Part shown: piece by piece, positions 60,797 through 64,000 of the stretch
Numbering within the stretch: the stretch's first letter is position 1
Layout: each line of letters opens with the position of its first letter
Source of the DNA: Basidiobolus meristosporus CBS 931.73
Lineage: Eukaryota; Fungi; Basidiobolomycota
Direction of reading: 5' to 3'
Length of the DNA stretch: 64,000 nt
NCBI GenBank assembly: GCA_002104905.1
Contig: MCFE01000100.1
Location: 108,447 to 172,446 of the forward strand
Program-made: the position numbers and the translations under genes
Notes under the pieces: generated by a model
The model's input: only the letters and a program-made list of their open reading frames with translations
What the model was told of the DNA's origin: nothing
Database searches by the model: none

Positions 60797-63565
60797 CTAC
60801 TGTTGTAGCTTTGATACAAGAGTGTGTAGCTGAGGGGAATTTGTAGGTAAGTTAATAAGAAGTGATGATAGTTCTTCAGTGCTCAAGACACTGTTCAGTG
60901 GGAAGGGGGGTAGCAAGAGAGGTAAGAATGACTTGTGAACAACATTAATGAGGGGAATGTGATAAGGATTGATATTCATCATAAAGGGAGTGTGCTGCTG
61001 CAGATATTGCTGCCAAAGGTCTGTCAAGTACTTCAGGTAGGCCAGCTTGGGTTTTTCTGACTGCAGAATATAGTGAGCAAACTTCTTGACTTCAGGATCT
61101 CCAAGTATAGTTCTCCAGCAGGAGCCAGGTGTTGTGTGGTGTGTTCTCTTCCAGGCCTTAATCAGTGGGTTGTTGCAGTTGTGAAGTCTGAGGTATAATC
61201 TGGTTCTAAGGTAGAGAAGTCTGATCTTATAGGGCATAAACCCAAAAGCACCAAGAATAGCATGTCTGTAGGGGCATTCAGGCAAATGAGGCACCAAGGA
61301 GGTAATGCACCATACTGCAAACTTGTCAAGCTTAGTGCAGTCTCTAGAAGTAAGAGAGAGAAGTGGTAAGCCAAATTCCAGGACAGGGAAGACAAACTGC
61401 TTGAGTAGAAGGAGGCAGCTGGGAGCTGAAGTTGTAGGAGGAGTAACAGCCAGTAGCTTGTGGAGTGCCTGTCTTGCCAGGATAATTCTCTTCTTCAGGT
61501 GTGCTCCAGAGTCTAGTCCAGTAGGAAGGAAAGGAAAGCCAAGATATGTAGCAGAAACCTGAGCAGGTAGAGTGGAGTTCTCCAAGTTGATGGGAGAGCC
61601 CAAAGGTACTGTCTTTGCAATGGAAAGCTGGAGATTATTCTTCTGCAGATACTGGTGGATGGTCTGGGAGTCTTGTTGCACATTGGAGGAGGATATTCTG
61701 ATGTCATCAGCAAAGAGAGTAACCAGGCAGTCAGCTGAGAGTCTTGGGAAATCATTCAGGAAGATGGCAAACAGTATAGGACCAAGCACAGAGCCTTGAA
61801 CCACTCCATTAGGAACTGAGAACACAGCTGATTGCTCACTTGGGTGCAGAATTCTTGCTTGTGGATCCAGAAACAGAGACCTGACAAGGAGGGTGAGAGA
61901 GGTACTGGAGAAGCATTGCAACTTGGACCAAAGCAGATTTCTGTCAACTGAATCAAAGGCCTTAGTAATATCAAACAGAACAGAGGGATACTTGCACTGG
62001 AGAGAGTGATCTTGGCTAAGTATGACTGCATATTCCAAGGAGAGGCCAGGAACAAAGCCAAACTGTGCAGGATGAAACTTGAGGGAGTCAGAGTAGAGCT
62101 CCTGAGCAAGCAGAAGCTCAAACACCTTTCTGCAGGTGGGCAGCAGAGATATTGGCCTGTAGGAGCTAGGATCCAGGTGCTTTCCTTTACCCTTGTACAG
62201 TGGCAGAACATTTGCAAAGGACCATTCCTCAGGAGTAGAAAGCTGGGCTGAGCATTGCTGAAACAGTGGAAGCAGAAGTGCAGACATGGCCTTGGTACTA
62301 GTCTTCAGAAGCTCATAGGAGATTGTGTCCACACCTGGAGCAGTAGAGTTGGGAAGCCTCTTGAGCACATTATGGATTCTCCTTTGATCAAGTGCAAGTG
62401 GGATGGGCAGAGTCTTGAAGTCAGGATGAAAGCCAGGAGTTGAGTACTGCTTTGTAGAGAAGAAGATGTTAGCCAGCTGTTCTGTTGAAGGTAACTTCCT
62501 GGAAGAGGGCCTCATTGCCCTGTAGAGTCTTGATACTGTTCTTGTTATAGAGTTGGAAGATTGCAGAGGCAAGGAACTCATAATATGATCCCAGAGCTGA
62601 GTATGCAGAGTGTGGTGAATTGCCTTGGAGTGGTGTATTGCTGTCAGGAGGAGTTTCTCTGTTTTTGGGTTAGGGAAACTCAGGTAGCTTTGTTGCAGGG
62701 CTGAAACAATGGATTCCCATTTTCTTGAGGTAACAGCAGTAGTCTTGCATGGCAGTGAGAGGGAGGCAGACACCAGAATCAGATGCTTCACAAAGAGCCA
62801 GGCATAGTTGAGATCATCTGGCAGAGAAAGTAGCAAACTGGCAAGCTTCAAGTAGTTCCCAAAGTCTTTCTTCTGATTCTTGGTAGCTTTGTGGGTGAGC
62901 ACAGTAAGTTTTGGCAGCTTCTTCTTCACAACTGGTTGCATAGAAAGGGACCAGGCTGGGTGGTCAGAGGCTCTCAAGGATCCTAGCTCAGCTCCAGAGA
63001 ATTGCTTAACTTCATTCACAAAGTAGAGGGCAGCAGCAGAAGGGCAGATCCAGTCAACACATCTTTTCTCAGATTGAGCACCTAGTGCTAGCAGATGGCT
63101 TTCTCTCAGGAAGTTCAGTAGGAATGTAGACCTTGGCTTCATTCTTGCAGTCAGAGTAGTCTTGTTCTCAGGATGGGGAATGTTGAGATCTCCAAGCAAG
63201 ATAATAGGTGTTGATATAGATTGCTGGTATTGCTGAACTTTCTGGCATATAACTTGCACTTCCTGAAGGGCAAGACTTGGAGGCAGATAGCAGAGCACCA
63301 GACTGATAGTTGGCAACTGGAGAGCAGCACAGTAAGGGGAGTAAAGAGGAACACAGAGCTGAGGAGTATTGATGGTAGAAGAGATGAAGCAGATAGAGGA
63401 GGTATTCTTTGTTCTAGGAGTAGAAAAGCAATATAGATTAGTCAAAAGTATAGAGGGTAGCTGGACATCAATCAAACACAGGAGGGAAAATCTTGAAAGA
63501 AGTCTCTCTAGAGTTGGTCTTGATGGCTGTATGCTGTTGCAGTTAAGCAACAGAACTTCAGGTAG
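60797..63565 (-). CDS. LINE ORF2: APE endonuclease plus reverse transcriptase
   Basis: EN motifs LNCNS, CYLPP, LGDLN, VDW, SDH. RT motifs APGVD, YRPISLL, QFGF, DITKAFDSV, QGSVLGPILF, FADD, YLGF. No ATG before the EN domain. Confidence 0.95.
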   Translation of the reverse strand, partial: LPEVLLLNCNSIQPSRPTLERLLSRFSLLCLIDVQLPSILLTNLYCFSTPRTKNTSSICFISSTINTPQLCVPLYSPYCAALQLPTISLVLCYLPPSLALQEVQVICQKVQQYQQSISTPIILLGDLNIPHPENKTTLTARMKPRSTFLLNFLRESHLLALGAQSEKRCVDWICPSAAALYFVNEVKQFSGAELGSLRASDHPAWSLSMQPVVKKKLPKLTVLTHKATKNQKKDFGNYLKLASLLLSLPDDLNYAWLFVKHLILVSASLSLPCKTTAVTSRKWESIVSALQQSYLSFPNPKTEKLLLTAIHHSKAIHHTLHTQLWDHIMSSLPLQSSNSITRTVSRLYRAMRPSSRKLPSTEQLANIFFSTKQYSTPGFHPDFKTLPIPLALDQRRIHNVLKRLPNSTAPGVDTISYELLKTSTKAMSALLLPLFQQCSAQLSTPEEWSFANVLPLYKGKGKHLDPSSYRPISLLPTCRKVFELLLAQELYSDSLKFHPAQFGFVPGLSLEYAVILSQDHSLQCKYPSVLFDITKAFDSVDRNLLWSKLQCFSSTSLTLLVRSLFLDPQARILHPSEQSAVFSVPNGVVQGSVLGPILFAIFLNDFPRLSADCLVTLFADDIRISSSNVQQDSQTIHQYLQKNNLQLSIAKTVPLGSPINLENSTLPAQVSATYLGFPFLPTGLDSGAHLKKRIILARQALHKLLAVTPPTTSAPSCLLLLKQFVFPVLEFGLPLLSLTSRDCTKLDKFAVWCITSLVPHLPECPYRHAILGAFGFMPYKIRLLYLRTRLYLRLHNCNNPLIKAWKRTHHTTPGSCWRTILGDPEVKKFAHYILQSEKPKLAYLKYLTDLWQQYLQQHTPFMMNINPYHIPLINVVHKSFLPLLLPPFPLNSVLSTEELSSLLINLPTNSPQLHTLVSKLQQ

Positions 63566-64000
63566 TCAGGCAGAGGTTGTAGCTTCTTCAGAGGCAGCAT
63601 TGACAATGTGACCTGCAGAGTCCCAGAGCTCTTCAAATGGTGCATCACTTAAGTCAGCAAGGAGGGAAATGGCATGGTTCTTGAGGAAGTATGCCACATC
63701 ATAGGAGGGGGCTTGTCTCTTGATGGCAGCAAAGAAAGACAGAATGGCAACATGGGCTGGAGGCTTGTTGAACAGTAGAGAGTCAGAGGATTCAGATTCT
63801 TCAGGCACTATCTTGAAGTCAGTTTTCAGCCAGTTAAGGTTCTTCTCCACAAAGGCAACAAATGGGTCAGCAATGTTTTGGTCTAGGATAACCTCCAGAA
63901 TCTTCCCTTTTCTCCAGGCCAGGTTGACAATTCTTGAGAGCTGAATATTGCATGCCTTGAGTGCTTTCCTGATGTTGGAAATGGGAGTCCAGGGAACTTG
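63566..64000 (-). CDS. LINE ORF1, C-terminal part (RRM-like)
   Basis: Open frame QVPWTPISNIRKALKACNIQLSRIVNLAW...EATTSA*, in frame with ORF2. Confidence 0.8.
   Translation of the reverse strand, partial: QVPWTPISNIRKALKACNIQLSRIVNLAWRKGKILEVILDQNIADPFVAFVEKNLNWLKTDFKIVPEESESSDSLLFNKPPAHVAILSFFAAIKRQAPSYDVAYFLKNHAISLLADLSDAPFEELWDSAGHIVNAASEEATTSA

Larger units (their letters stand above)
60734..64000 (-). mobile_element. APE-type non-LTR retrotransposon, copy 2 (runs off the window)
   Basis: Nearly identical to copy 1 at an offset of 4,598 bp. ORF2 is intact and the visible part of ORF1 is open. Confidence 0.95.

Noticed and set aside
63566-63568. TGA read as selenocysteine or an alternative genetic code
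   Set aside because: TGA ends the host PUF gene, no SECIS is evident, and the position is an inter-domain linker.

Overview
Eukaryotic, intron-containing fungal DNA, most likely from an early-diverging lineage (Zoopagomycota/Mucoromycota-like; the species cannot be determined from sequence alone). It has three compartments. (1) 1-~13,560 is an almost CpG-free block of nested, decayed LTR retrotransposons: a chromodomain Ty3/Gypsy, a second Gypsy start with a tRNA-Lys PBS, a Ty1/Copia with a half-tRNA-iMet PBS, and LTR fragments. (2) ~13,600-54,300 is a compact, CpG-rich island of about 18 genes: Puf4-type Pumilio, RIP1, mitochondrial RRF, SPT16, RVB2, SCD6, VMA1, a GPI-type surface protein, NDUFB9, MDJ1, a PPR protein, RPL12, MRPL3, an arrestin, RIB5, G-gamma, an LRRC58-like LRR protein, a 1,650-aa Lys/Tyr/Gly repeat protein and a CNT transporter. 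(3) 54,379-64,000 is a second CpG-free block with rearranged Copia pieces and two head-to-tail 4.6-kb APE-type LINEs. The most interesting signals are two. First, the LINE family has an intact RT ORF with no CpG found, a single in-frame TGA-CTA between ORF1 and an AUG-less ORF2, G-run/TTAGGG-like junctions instead of poly(A), and a strong splice acceptor in the spacer. Second, the giant predicted secreted protein has glue-like composition and an unrecognised Cys-pair repeat. All alignments and counts were done by eye; no database search was run.
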